The translations under genes and the position numbers were made by a program. Positions 8,184-17,340 of a stretch of 32,938 nucleotides of DNA are shown here, in pieces; the stretch's first letter is position 1; every line of letters begins with the position of its first letter. Location: sequence record DRR723986_8438, one strand, 5' to 3'. The notes beneath the pieces are model-generated. The model did no database searches. It was not told the origin of the DNA and saw only the letters and a program-made list of their open reading frames with translations.

Positions 8184-9341
8184 TCAATGGCTTCCCAGTA
8201 CTGGCGTCAGCCCTGACGGCACGCGTTCGGGCAGTGTCGGCATATAGCTTTCGTCAGTCAGTGTTTTCATAAAGTCGACGAGGCGATCCAGCTCCTCATC
8301 GGTGAGATTCGGCTCCCAAATATGCCAGTGCAGGCTGAGCTTCTCGCCGGCGGGTACAGCGTGTCCCCGTCCGCCGTTATAAAACGCCGTGGCATCGCGC
8401 AGCGTGGCAAAACGCCCCGAGTGCATATAGGGCGCCGTCAGCGCAACGTTGCGCAACGAAGGCACTTTAAAGCCGCCACGCTGCGACGCATCGCCGGTCA
8501 CGCCCTGCACGCCGGGGTCAAGTGCTCGCCCGTCCGGCTCTGGCGTCCCCAGTACCGCAACCTGCTGGTTAGTAAACAGCGGCGGGGTGTGACACTCCGC
8601 GCAGCGCGCCACAAACGAGCGGAAGATATTCATCCCCTCAATTTCCTGGGCGTTGAGAACATCGTGATACCCGTGGGCGTAGAGGTCGTAACGGCTGTTT
8701 AACGACACCAGGGAAGACTCAAAAGCGGCAATCGCGGTGTAGATCTGATCCAACTGAACCGATGCATCACCACCGAAGGCCTCGGCAAATAGCGCGGGGT
8801 AATGCGCCGAGGCGCGAAGATCGGCCAGCAGTTGTGCCGGGCTGTTCGCCATTTCCACCGGGTCGTAAAGGGGCCCCTGCATTTGCGCCTCCAGCGAGTC
8901 TGCCCTGACATCCCAGAACAAGCGCTTAAGAAAACCGACATTCCACAAACTCGGCGCCGATCGCTTGGCAAGCTGCCCTCCGGCGCCAATGCTCAGTCCA
9001 CGTCCATCGGCAAAACCCTTACTCGGATCGTGACAGGAGGCACAGCTCAACTGGTGATTACCCGACAGCACCGGGTCAAAGAACAGCAAGCGGCCGAGGT
9101 CAATTTGCTGGGGGCTAAAGCCCTCTCGCAGCGTGGGTAAGCCGGTTTTCAGTCCGCCCACACCACTTTTTTGAAGCGATCGGTAATCGCGATACAAGCT
9201 CAGCAAATAGCAGCCGCCATCGCGCAAGGTAAAACCCGCCGGACAAAATTCATTGAGTTTCCAGGTTTGCGCAGCGTGGACAGCCGGCAAATAAAACAGC
9301 AGCACGAGGCAAGGCAACAAGGCCCGCGTGTAAGCACTCAT
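8184..9341 (-). CDS. Diheme enzyme of the bCCP/MauG superfamily, MauG-like subtype
   Basis: Signal peptide; LGRLLFFDPVLS, CASCH, FWD, QxxxPxxxPVEM, CAECH, FKVPSLRNVALTAPYMHSG...AFYN. Confidence 0.9.
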   Translation of the reverse strand: MSAYTRALLPCLVLLFYLPAVHAAQTWKLNEFCPAGFTLRDGGCYLLSLYRDYRSLQKSGVGGLKTGLPTLREGFSPQQIDLGRLLFFDPVLSGNHQLSCASCHDPSKGFADGRGLSIGAGGQLAKRSAPSLWNVGFLKRLFWDVRADSLEAQMQGPLYDPVEMANSPAQLLADLRASAHYPALFAEAFGGDASVQLDQIYTAIAAFESSLVSLNSRYDLYAHGYHDVLNAQEIEGMNIFRSFVARCAECHTPPLFTNQQVAVLGTPEPDGRALDPGVQGVTGDASQRGGFKVPSLRNVALTAPYMHSGRFATLRDATAFYNGGRGHAVPAGEKLSLHWHIWEPNLTDEELDRLVDFMKTLTDESYMPTLPERVPSGLTPVLGSH

Positions 9342-9343
9342 TG

Positions 9344-10069
9344 CTAGTCGGCCAGTGACTGAATATACGCCAGCACATCGCGCAGTACGGCTTCGTCTGG
9401 CAGGGAATCCGCCATCATCGCCATCTGGTAGCCGTATTTATCGGCTTCATCCGCACCGCGAATACCGTCTCGAAAATGAATAAATTGACGCTCTAAATAC
9501 CAGTCATCAACCCCCGCCAGAGCAGGCGCTTGCAGCAATTCAATCCCTTCAGCCGCGGGGCCATGACAGGCACCACACAGATTGCTGTAGTAATCGGCGC
9601 CGCGTTTTAGGTCGCCGCTAAGCGTCGCCGCTGCCGCCTGACTTCCCATCGCCGAGATGTATGTCACGACCGCGTCGACCGCCTCGCTGTCGGGTAAGGT
9701 CTTGGCGATTGCCTGCATTTGCTGGCCATAGCTGTCTTCAGGATGGCTACCGCGCAGCCCCGAGCGATAGGCCTGCAACTGACGCGTCAAATACCAGCTC
9801 TGCTGGTTGCGCAGCGACGGCGCGCCCAGCGACTGGTTACCCTGTGCCTCATCGCCATGGCAGGCCACGCAGGCCTGATAGAGCGCCTTGCCATCTGCCC
9901 CCGCTCCATTGGCCAGCAGTTGCTGAGCTGCCGCTGCGGCTTGTTCACTATCGGCCGATGGCCCCTGGTCAGAACTACACGCCACGACGGCAAGCGAGCA
10001 CAGTACCACCGCCAGGCGGCGATAGCGCTTGAAGTTATGCAAATTGAAATGGCCAGACACACTTTCCAT
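9344..10069 (-). CDS. Diheme cytochrome c4/c553-like lipoprotein
   Basis: ATG at 10069 with GGAG RBS (the 10243 start is over-extended). Lipobox VVAC; two homologous domains with CVACH and CGACH, WYLxRQ, and YGxQM Met ligands. Ends 2 nt before the next ATG. Confidence 0.88.
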   Translation of the reverse strand: MESVSGHFNLHNFKRYRRLAVVLCSLAVVACSSDQGPSADSEQAAAAAQQLLANGAGADGKALYQACVACHGDEAQGNQSLGAPSLRNQQSWYLTRQLQAYRSGLRGSHPEDSYGQQMQAIAKTLPDSEAVDAVVTYISAMGSQAAAATLSGDLKRGADYYSNLCGACHGPAAEGIELLQAPALAGVDDWYLERQFIHFRDGIRGADEADKYGYQMAMMADSLPDEAVLRDVLAYIQSLAD

Positions 10070-10314
10070 GGGGCGGCTCCGTAATCCTATGTAGAACTGG
10101 CCACGACGAGTGGTGCAGGCCAGTATTATTATTTTTATCCAGCATAGACCGTGCCATGAAAAAGCACAGCCAATACACACAGCAAAGTTTACGTGTATTA
10201 CATTGACAATACCCGCTTCCGCCATGGCTGTTAAGCCCCACACACATTACAATCGCGTAAAAAATATGCCCACGGTGTAGGTTTCTAGAAATTCTCTATA
10301 TTTTTCATTGAGAT

Positions 10315-10344
10315 AAAAAGGCCCCTTCGCGAGAACAAAGGGGC
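10315..10344 (-). terminator. Intrinsic terminator after the metal-dependent hydrolase gene
   Basis: Minus strand GCCCCTT-N10-AAGGGGC followed by CTTTTT. Confidence 0.6.
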
Positions 10345-10393
10345 AAAGGCATCGAAAAGGCCACTGAAAAGAGCGGTGTCTTTGAGGAGAAAA

Positions 10394-11224
10394 CTAGCGA
10401 TTCACTTGGCGAGCAGCGACATCGGGATAGCGCAACTGCCAATCGTTTATCAGTGCACGCTGGTCAATATCATCAGGGTGAAAGCCGCGACGAAATGCCT
10501 TCAAAAAGTGCGGCATTGCCTCCGTCATTAGCCCGCCCCGCCCCCAGAAAAAGCACAACGCCTGCCAGCGCTCACGCCACGTCACACGCCGGCCATCCGC
10601 CCGCAGTAACTGGCGCTGAAATACGCTGATGCGGAAGAAAAAAAGCATCAGCGACAGCAGAAGTACACGCCTGCGCAGAAACTCACTGCCCACGTGGCGA
10701 CGAAAGACATCGAAGGCCACCGCCTTGTGTTCGATCTCCTCAACCGCGTGCCATACCAACATGTCACGAAATGTCGGGTCCATCTCGTCCAGTACCTCGG
10801 GATGACGCAAAGCGTGCTCAGCAAGCGTTGCGGTAACATGTTCCAAAGACACCGTAATCGCGAGTTGGCGCTGGGGCGACAGGCGTTTTCGCGCGGTATC
10901 GAGCAGTGCCTTTGCTCGTGCGGCCACCTTTGCCATAGGAAAGCCATGGACTTCCAAAGCACTGTTGAAGTCTTCATGTGCCTTGCCGTGGTGAGCCTCC
11001 TGGCCGATAAAAGCCCGAATGCGCTGTTTCAGCGCCGGGTCGCTAACCTCGGGCTGGTAGTGGCGCACGGTATCAATGAAAAAGCGCTCGCCGTCGGGAA
11101 AGGTCGCCGACATCGCATAGAAAAAAGTCGAAATCAGCGGATTCCCACCAAACCAGTATTTGTCCATGGATGCGGGCGCAGGAAAGTGCATCCGCCGAAC
11201 GGTAATCCCATTATTAACCTGCAT
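10394..11224 (-). CDS. Predicted metal-dependent hydrolase (PF10118-like; helical dimetal protein)
   Basis: SATFPDGERFFI, FIGQEAHHGKAH, LEHVT, WHAVEEIEHKAVAFD, GFHP motifs; ATG at 11224 with GGAG RBS. Confidence 0.85.
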   Translation of the reverse strand: MQVNNGITVRRMHFPAPASMDKYWFGGNPLISTFFYAMSATFPDGERFFIDTVRHYQPEVSDPALKQRIRAFIGQEAHHGKAHEDFNSALEVHGFPMAKVAARAKALLDTARKRLSPQRQLAITVSLEHVTATLAEHALRHPEVLDEMDPTFRDMLVWHAVEEIEHKAVAFDVFRRHVGSEFLRRRVLLLSLMLFFFRISVFQRQLLRADGRRVTWRERWQALCFFWGRGGLMTEAMPHFLKAFRRGFHPDDIDQRALINDWQLRYPDVAARQVNR

Positions 11225-11352
11225 TATTATTCTCCAACTTGTCGCGGCGCTACGCGCGCTCAACCACCCGACGGAAACTATGGCATAGTGCTTTTACTGC
11301 TAGCAGGTTAATTTCTCGCAGCCTCCGGTGCTTTAACGACACAGGACACGTT

Positions 11353-12414
11353 ATGGACGCAGAACAACACGGCGACGGTGAGTATTCCATTTCCAGTGAC
11401 TACCTAGTGACGCTCAGCGAGCAAGCTTTTGAGCGCGGCATGGCCATTGGGGAATTGCTACAGGGCTGTGGGCTGAGCAGCGAGGTGCTGCTTCTGCAAG
11501 ACGTCAGTATTGGCCACCGCTCTTTTCTACAGGCTGTGAGCAACTTTCAGAAAATTGATAACAACCTGTGGTCGGCACTGGAAGGCGGCCGCCGGATGAC
11601 GCTATCCAAGCACGGTTACCTGGGCTACGCCGCCCAGCATAGCCGCAGTTTGTCGGAGGCCGCGGACAAGCTGTATCGCTACGTGTCTACCCGCATTAAC
11701 TTTGTCACCCTCGAGTCGGGACAAACCCACCCTGAAATAACCGAAGGCAGCGATCGCGCCATGCTGTGCCTCCGGCCACTCGAGCCACAACACCCTGCCA
11801 TGCGCTATGTCTGCCTGTCTTTGCTTTCCTGCCTGGACACCTTGTGCCGACAAATACTTGGACGCGGCGCCGCGCACCTGGCTAGCCATATCACCATGCA
11901 GGGAGAGGCCCCAAACTGCCCGCCACCGGCGCTCCCCGGCGGCTCCAAAATCAGCTTTGGCGCTTCGGTTTACAGCCTGTCGTGGCCGAACAGCATCCTC
12001 GACCTGCCCCTTGCGACCCGCGACGCCGACCTGGCAAAACTGGCGGAAGCGCGCTGCGAAAATGACCTGCGACGCAGCCTCTCTTCACAACGCCTATCGT
12101 CGCGGGTGCTCGCCCAACTGCAGCGCAGCCAGGGTGAGTTACCGACCATTGACGACGTTGCCGCGAGGCTCAATATGTCTACCGCGACCCTGCAGCGACG
12201 ACTGAAAACCGAGCAGTGCAGCTATCAGCAGTTAAAAGATGAGTTCCGGCAAAAGCGCGCCCGCGAGTTACTCAACCAAGCGGTAAGCATTGAGTTAATC
12301 GCCGAACAGCTGGGTTATAGCGATGCCAGTAATTTTGCGAAAGCCTTTAAAAGCTGGACAGGATTCCCGCCCAGCGTCTACCGACAGCAACTCAGGAAAA
12401 AACCCGAGACATAA
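11353..12414 (+). CDS. AraC-family transcriptional regulator (OruR/ligand-binding type)
   Basis: HGYLGYAA N-domain motif; C-terminal IDDVAARLNMSTATLQRRL and IAEQLGYSDASNFAKAFKSWTG; ATG at 11353 after AGGA. Confidence 0.92.
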   Translation: MDAEQHGDGEYSISSDYLVTLSEQAFERGMAIGELLQGCGLSSEVLLLQDVSIGHRSFLQAVSNFQKIDNNLWSALEGGRRMTLSKHGYLGYAAQHSRSLSEAADKLYRYVSTRINFVTLESGQTHPEITEGSDRAMLCLRPLEPQHPAMRYVCLSLLSCLDTLCRQILGRGAAHLASHITMQGEAPNCPPPALPGGSKISFGASVYSLSWPNSILDLPLATRDADLAKLAEARCENDLRRSLSSQRLSSRVLAQLQRSQGELPTIDDVAARLNMSTATLQRRLKTEQCSYQQLKDEFRQKRARELLNQAVSIELIAEQLGYSDASNFAKAFKSWTGFPPSVYRQQLRKKPET

Positions 12415-12437
12415 AAAAAGGCACCCGAAGGTGCCTT
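12413..12437 (-). terminator. Intrinsic terminator between the convergent AraC and S8 genes (U-tract serves the minus strand)
   Basis: AAAAA-AAGGCACC-CGAA-GGTGCCTT, a perfect 8-bp stem. Confidence 0.8.
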
Positions 12438-12455
12438 AGCTGAAGGATATCCCGA

Positions 12456-14324
12456 TTAGGGATTGTCAGTGTAGAGCGTGTAATCACCACTGCCACTGTA
12501 TGACTTCACACGCCAGCGGTAGGTGCCACTGGTGCCGTTGTAGGTCACTTCTTCGTTTGAGCTCGCCGTCTCACTGCTGGCCACGCTCGACCAACTGCTA
12601 AAGAACAGGCGGCGGCTATATTTTTCCAGAATGAGATCGAAATCGGCATTTGCAGGGCCCTCTAGCAGACCATAGAACTGGCCACCATTGCTGGAGAAAC
12701 CGCCGCTGCTCGGGCTGTAGTCATTGTCATTACTACCGGTGAGCGTGCCACTGGTTTGCTCACACTCAGGACAGGGACCAGCACCGGGCTCTTGCAGGCT
12801 CAGTAGCTGGCTATCTGTATCCTGCTGGCCAGCAGTGTCGCTCACAGTCAGCGTAACGGTAACGTCGCCGTAGGCTGCATAAGTATGGCTAACACTCGCG
12901 CCAGCGGCCGAGCTTCCATCGCCAAAGTTCCAGCTGTACTGCTGAATGCCCTGATCGTCAGACGATGCCGACGCATCAAAGCTACAGCTGAGTTCATTAC
13001 AGCTATAGCTAAAGGACGCCACCGGCGGGAAGTCGACACCTTCACCTTGGGCAACCTGCAGCAGCAGGTTGGGAGAACCACTGCCCAGACCACTCAACTT
13101 ATTGCTGGTACCGTCTTGCAATAGTGTGCTGAAAACACTGGCCGGCGCTGCGTTAGGGTTTTGCGACAGAATCAACGCCGCCGCACCGGCAACGTGTGGC
13201 GCAGCCATTGATGTGCCGCTGATGGTGTTAGTGTCGTTATCGCTCTGGTACCAGGCAGAGGTGATCGCCGAACCGGGAGCAAAGATATCAACGCAGCTTC
13301 CTTTATTGGAGAAGGAAGAACGCGAATCAGATGACGTTGTTGAACCAACGGTCACCGCTTCAGCCACGCGGTTAGGTGAACCGCTACAGGCGTCGGTATT
13401 GTCATTACCGGCTGCCACCACAAAGGTAACGCCCGCATTAATCGCGCCTTTTACTGCTTCGTCCAAAGCGGTACTGTTGCCGCCGCCCAGGCTCATGTTG
13501 GCAACTGCCGGCGCTTGATGGTTTGCCGCGACCCAGTCCACACCGGCAATAACACCGGAGTTGCTGCCTGAACCGTTACAACCCAGTACACGTACCGGAT
13601 ACACTGTGGCGCCCTTTGCCACACCGTAGGTGCTGCCCGCGGCCGTACCGGCAACGTGGGTGCCGTGACCATTACAGTCATCGGTATCTTCAGGGTCAGT
13701 ACTGCTAAAGAACAAGCCGCCAGAGGCGGCAAAGTTACGACCTACACCTGTGCGGCCGGAGAACTCATTGTGACTGCTGCGAATACCGGTATCGACGATG
13801 TAAACGTGAACGCCACTGCCATCGGCGCTGTAAGAGTATTGATTATCCAGCGGCAGCGAAGGCTGGTCGACACGATCCAGTCCCCAGGTCGCGTTATTCT
13901 GAACCGCAGCAATCGAGACGGTCTGATCCTGCTCAACCAGTTTTACCAGGGGATTCTTGGCCAGTAAGGCCGCCGCTTCCGGGCTCATTTTGGCCACGAA
14001 ACCGCTGACCGCATTTTGATAAACACCCAATAGCTGACCACCCACTGTCGCCAGCAACTGATCCACCAGGTCTGGCAGAGGCAGCGCCCCAAGCAAGCTG
14101 TCTTCTGCTTTTTGCAACAGCACAATGTATTGACCGTCGATCGGCTCACCTGCGGTCAGGTCGTCAGAGACCGAGGTTTCAAAGGTGCCTAGCTGCTGAG
14201 CGTCGTCTTGCTGCGCGGCACTCTGCAGGTTCGCGTCATCGCCCGAACCACCACTACCGCCGCCACATGCTGACAAGCCAAAGGCCAGCATCGAGCTCAT
14301 AATCAGCGCTCTGTTTTTCATCAT
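12456..14324 (-). CDS. Subtilisin-like S8 serine protease (aqualysin/proteinase K-like) lipoprotein with I9 propeptide, PKD and PPC-like domains
   Basis: Lipobox [12 protein letters not shown]; catalytic [37 protein letters not shown]-terminal [18 protein letters not shown]. Confidence 0.95.
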   Translation of the reverse strand: MMKNRALIMSSMLAFGLSACGGGSGGSGDDANLQSAAQQDDAQQLGTFETSVSDDLTAGEPIDGQYIVLLQKAEDSLLGALPLPDLVDQLLATVGGQLLGVYQNAVSGFVAKMSPEAAALLAKNPLVKLVEQDQTVSIAAVQNNATWGLDRVDQPSLPLDNQYSYSADGSGVHVYIVDTGIRSSHNEFSGRTGVGRNFAASGGLFFSSTDPEDTDDCNGHGTHVAGTAAGSTYGVAKGATVYPVRVLGCNGSGSNSGVIAGVDWVAANHQAPAVANMSLGGGNSTALDEAVKGAINAGVTFVVAAGNDNTDACSGSPNRVAEAVTVGSTTSSDSRSSFSNKGSCVDIFAPGSAITSAWYQSDNDTNTISGTSMAAPHVAGAAALILSQNPNAAPASVFSTLLQDGTSNKLSGLGSGSPNLLLQVAQGEGVDFPPVASFSYSCNELSCSFDASASSDDQGIQQYSWNFGDGSSAAGASVSHTYAAYGDVTVTLTVSDTAGQQDTDSQLLSLQEPGAGPCPECEQTSGTLTGSNDNDYSPSSGGFSSNGGQFYGLLEGPANADFDLILEKYSRRLFFSSWSSVASSETASSNEEVTYNGTSGTYRWRVKSYSGSGDYTLYTDNP

Positions 14325-14470
14325 TGAAGTGCGTCCCCAATCAATTTTTATATTGTCCCAACGAAAAAACCCGATCCTTTCTTCGGGCCAGCGACGACTA
14401 TAAACAAAGCGCGCTTACGCAAACTGTTAACTGATGCCGATTGGAGAACTGGCGCGACTCAATTGCCTCG

Positions 14471-14492
14471 TTTTGTGACAGTGATCAACAAA
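14471..14492. promoter_or_regulatory. Possible CRP/Vfr-like site upstream of the S8 protease
   Basis: TTT-TGTGA-CAGTGA-TCAAC-AAA has one perfect half-site. A candidate minus-strand -10 TATAGT lies at 14397-14402. Confidence 0.35.
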
Positions 14493-14496
14493 TGCC

Positions 14497-15519
14497 CTAC
14501 CAGCGGGCGAAGTGATCTTCTGCAAAACCCCACTGCCCGGACAATTCCAACTCCTCGCCCGGCAGGCTAATGCGACCATAGTAGCGGCCAAAAAACTGGG
14601 TAAAGTTTGAAGCGATCACCACCGCGTTGCGCTTTTCACTGCGCTGACCCGCTGGTTCAAAACGCAGATCCAAGATGCCATCTTGCGACCGCATACCCCA
14701 CGGCGCCTCGCCGTCTTGGCGGTCAAAGTCGAACACGACGGTGCTGAGCTTCACCATCTGATCATCCAGCCACAGCGCATTTTCGGTATAGCCCGTATCA
14801 TTCACACCGGCGACTAAATTAAAGCCGATGCGACGGCCATCACTGAGGTGGGCTGACAAGCTTCCCCAGTTCCAGAACGTCTCGCGCCGCATATAGCCTG
14901 CGCTCCAATCCACTCCAGCCAGCGCCGACATCGCCGCGAGGTCGTAGTCGCGCCCCCGCCACCGCACGCTACCCGACACCGGCCTGGCCGTGGTTTTCTG
15001 GGTGTACACCCAGCCCGCATAGCCTGCTCGCGTGCAAATCGATAACGGTTGATAACCCTGTTCTTCATCGATGATTGCGTCGACCTGCAAGCCACTGGCA
15101 AGCGACACAGTGAGGTGGCGTTGACCGGGCCCGGCGACAATCTTTACGCGATTTTTCCCCGAGCAAAAATGCGCCTCGCCGTTATTGGGCTGAGTGTGAA
15201 TGGCCGTTTTCAGACCCAGGGGCTGAACAAAGCTGAACTCATCGTACTCACCGCTATCCGGCGCATAGCAATAGACAAAGGCATTGCTCACCCACTTCAG
15301 GTCGACAATCGCCACGCCAATTATCAGCTCGTCACAACACAGCGATAAAAACTGGAATTGGTTGAAAGCGAAGTGGCGCGCCAACTTGCCGCGCGGCTTA
15401 TCCATTGCGTTGCGCAGGTCGTAGTCGCGATAATTGATATCGCCGACAGGCCGCTCGAAAACGCCAAAATGAGGCTGCCCATTCGCCTTGATTAACGCTG
15501 CTAAATCACCCAACTTCAC
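14497..15519 (-). CDS. DUF2804-family protein
   Basis: FNQFQF, GWVYTQK, DWSAGYMRRETFWNW, GFNLxAGVN, ENALW, SNFTQFFG, GFAEDHFARW C-terminus; GTG start with GGAG RBS. Confidence 0.75.
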   Translation of the reverse strand: MKLGDLAALIKANGQPHFGVFERPVGDINYRDYDLRNAMDKPRGKLARHFAFNQFQFLSLCCDELIIGVAIVDLKWVSNAFVYCYAPDSGEYDEFSFVQPLGLKTAIHTQPNNGEAHFCSGKNRVKIVAGPGQRHLTVSLASGLQVDAIIDEEQGYQPLSICTRAGYAGWVYTQKTTARPVSGSVRWRGRDYDLAAMSALAGVDWSAGYMRRETFWNWGSLSAHLSDGRRIGFNLVAGVNDTGYTENALWLDDQMVKLSTVVFDFDRQDGEAPWGMRSQDGILDLRFEPAGQRSEKRNAVVIASNFTQFFGRYYGRISLPGEELELSGQWGFAEDHFARW

Positions 15520-15835
15520 TTCTCCATCGTTGACGGCTATGCCCTTCTAAACGGCGCCTATGGTAGACCAAAGCGCCTGAAGTCAACAGCTGAGACATGG
15601 TCATCATTACCCACAGCCAGACGCGCGGCGTTATTATTTTCGATGAGCACTGACCAGAATTTTCCCCGACGATGCAGCAATGGCTAAGCGACGCTAAAAT
15701 CAACAGCCGCAAGCACCGCGTAGAGGGCTTGGAAAATGCCCCTAAAGCCTATATCAATCCGCTGGAGTCGCGTAATGTCGGCACAATGCTTGTCCAGGGA
15801 AGCGCCGAATCACAGTAAAAAACACAGGAAGCACT

Positions 15836-16522
15836 ATGAAGATTTTGATGGTTCTCACCTCTCACGACCAACTCGGTGACAGCGGCGAGAAAACCGGTTT
15901 CTGGCTGGAAGAGTTTGCCGCCCCTTACTATGTTTTTCACGATGCGGGCGCCGACATTACGCTGGCATCACCAGCCGGTGGGCAGCCTCCACTCGATCCC
16001 AAAAGCGCGGCGGCCGATGCCCAAACCCCGGCAACAGCGCGTTTTAATCAGGACGCCGACGCTCAGCAGCGCCTTGCCCATACGCAGCGCTTAAACGATA
16101 TGCGCGAACGCGACTTCGACGCAATCTTCTATCCCGGCGGCCACGGGCCACTCTGGGATCTCGCGGAAGACCCGCATTCAGTGCTGCTCATCGAACAGTT
16201 TATTCACGCCGAGAAGCCCGTCGCCGCGGTCTGCCACGCGCCCGCCGTCTTTCGCCACAGTATCGCCGCGAATGGCGAACCCTTGGTCAAGGGCAAACGC
16301 GTAACGGCGTTTAGCAATAGCGAAGAAGAGGCGGTTGGGCTTAGCAAGGTGGTGCCCTTTTCACTGGAGGATATGCTGAGCGAGCGCGGCGCGGTCTATC
16401 AAAAAGCCGAGGACTGGGCCAGCCATATCGTCTGTGACGGCCTGATCTTTACCGGCCAAAACCCCGCCTCCTCGGCGGCCCTCGCCGAAGCCTTGCTAGC
16501 CCATCTCGCAAAAGGAAGCTAG
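15836..16522 (+). CDS. DJ-1/PfpI-family (type 1 glutamine amidotransferase-like, Hsp31-like) protein
   Basis: MKILMVLTSHDQLG..TGFWLEE, FYPGGHGPLWDL, nucleophile elbow AVCHAP, TGQNPAS. Confidence 0.92.
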   Translation: MKILMVLTSHDQLGDSGEKTGFWLEEFAAPYYVFHDAGADITLASPAGGQPPLDPKSAAADAQTPATARFNQDADAQQRLAHTQRLNDMRERDFDAIFYPGGHGPLWDLAEDPHSVLLIEQFIHAEKPVAAVCHAPAVFRHSIAANGEPLVKGKRVTAFSNSEEEAVGLSKVVPFSLEDMLSERGAVYQKAEDWASHIVCDGLIFTGQNPASSAALAEALLAHLAKGS

Positions 16523-16528
16523 ATGCCA

Positions 16529-16554
16529 GCCCGGCGCGACAGCATGCGCCGGGC
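16529..16554. other. GC-rich intergenic hairpin
   Basis: GCCCGGCGC-GACAGCAT-GCGCCGGGC (9-bp perfect stem) with no U-tract; TACAAT follows at 16559. Confidence 0.45.
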
Positions 16555-16593
16555 AGCCTACAATAGTGGCGACATTCTAAGAACCTGCTCGCC

Positions 16594-17322
16594 ATGCGTG
16601 AACCCACACGACCAGCCACTCCCCCGCCTTCCTTTTTGCACGCCTGTCAGCAAACCGGCGCTGCTTCTGAGGGCCTGATACGCCTGAGCGCGGAATTTGA
16701 TAGTGCGGCGTTCACACCCTCTTTATTTGAGCAGTGGTCACTGTATTGCCCCGACAATATTGCCGACTCAATTACCAAGCGCCAGGCAGAGTTCTTCGCC
16801 GGCCGCTGGCTGGCCAGTCAGGCGTTGGTTCAGTTTGGACATCAAAATTTCACCGTCTTAGCCGATGAAAAGCGCTGCCCACTCTGGCCGGCGGGCACCG
16901 TCGGCAGCATCACTCACAGCGACAACCAGGTTCGCTGCGCCATCGGTCGAGCCAGTGTGTATCAGACGCTGGGTATCGATATTCAGCCCTCGCTGAGCGA
17001 AGCCGCAGCGCAAAAGCTGCAACGGCGGATTTTGTCACCAAGCGAAGTGCAGTTATTGGCATCGAGCGCATTGCCCTTTGTTGTTGGGGTCGCGCTGAGT
17101 TTTTCGGCGAAGGAAAGCATTTATAAGGCGCTCTATCCCATTGTGAAGCGCTATTTTGGCTTTGCCTGCGCTCGGCTGGTCGCGACAGAGGCTTGCGCCC
17201 AGACATTGCGGTTCACTATCGACGACGAGCTCTCTTGCCTACCCGGCTGCCCCCGTGAAGTCAGCGTGCGCTATGAGTACACCCAGGAATTTGTGTACAC
17301 AGAAGTCGCGCTATCGAGATAA
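16594..17322 (+). CDS. 4'-phosphopantetheinyl transferase, EntD/Sfp-type
   Basis: KRQAEFFAGR, PLWPAGTVGSITHS, LGIDIQ, FSAKESIYKA motifs. Confidence 0.9.
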   Translation: MREPTRPATPPPSFLHACQQTGAASEGLIRLSAEFDSAAFTPSLFEQWSLYCPDNIADSITKRQAEFFAGRWLASQALVQFGHQNFTVLADEKRCPLWPAGTVGSITHSDNQVRCAIGRASVYQTLGIDIQPSLSEAAAQKLQRRILSPSEVQLLASSALPFVVGVALSFSAKESIYKALYPIVKRYFGFACARLVATEACAQTLRFTIDDELSCLPGCPREVSVRYEYTQEFVYTEVALSR

Positions 17323-17340
17323 CCGCTAAACCAACAGGCG

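Noticed and set aside
8184-9341. Calling the diheme gene mauG, mbnH or ccpA
   Set aside because: No mauAB or mbnP partner is in the window, and canonical bCCP ligand features are missing, so no symbol was assigned.
10070-10243. 58-aa N-terminal extension of the cytochrome in the ORF track (contains CIGC)
   Set aside because: CIGCA is not CxxCH, the RBS and lipoprotein signal fit ATG 10069, and the region looks like a promoter.
15506-15712. 68-aa minus-strand ORF upstream of DUF2804
   Set aside because: Non-ATG start, no clear RBS and no motif; it cannot be supported, though a small gene is not excluded.
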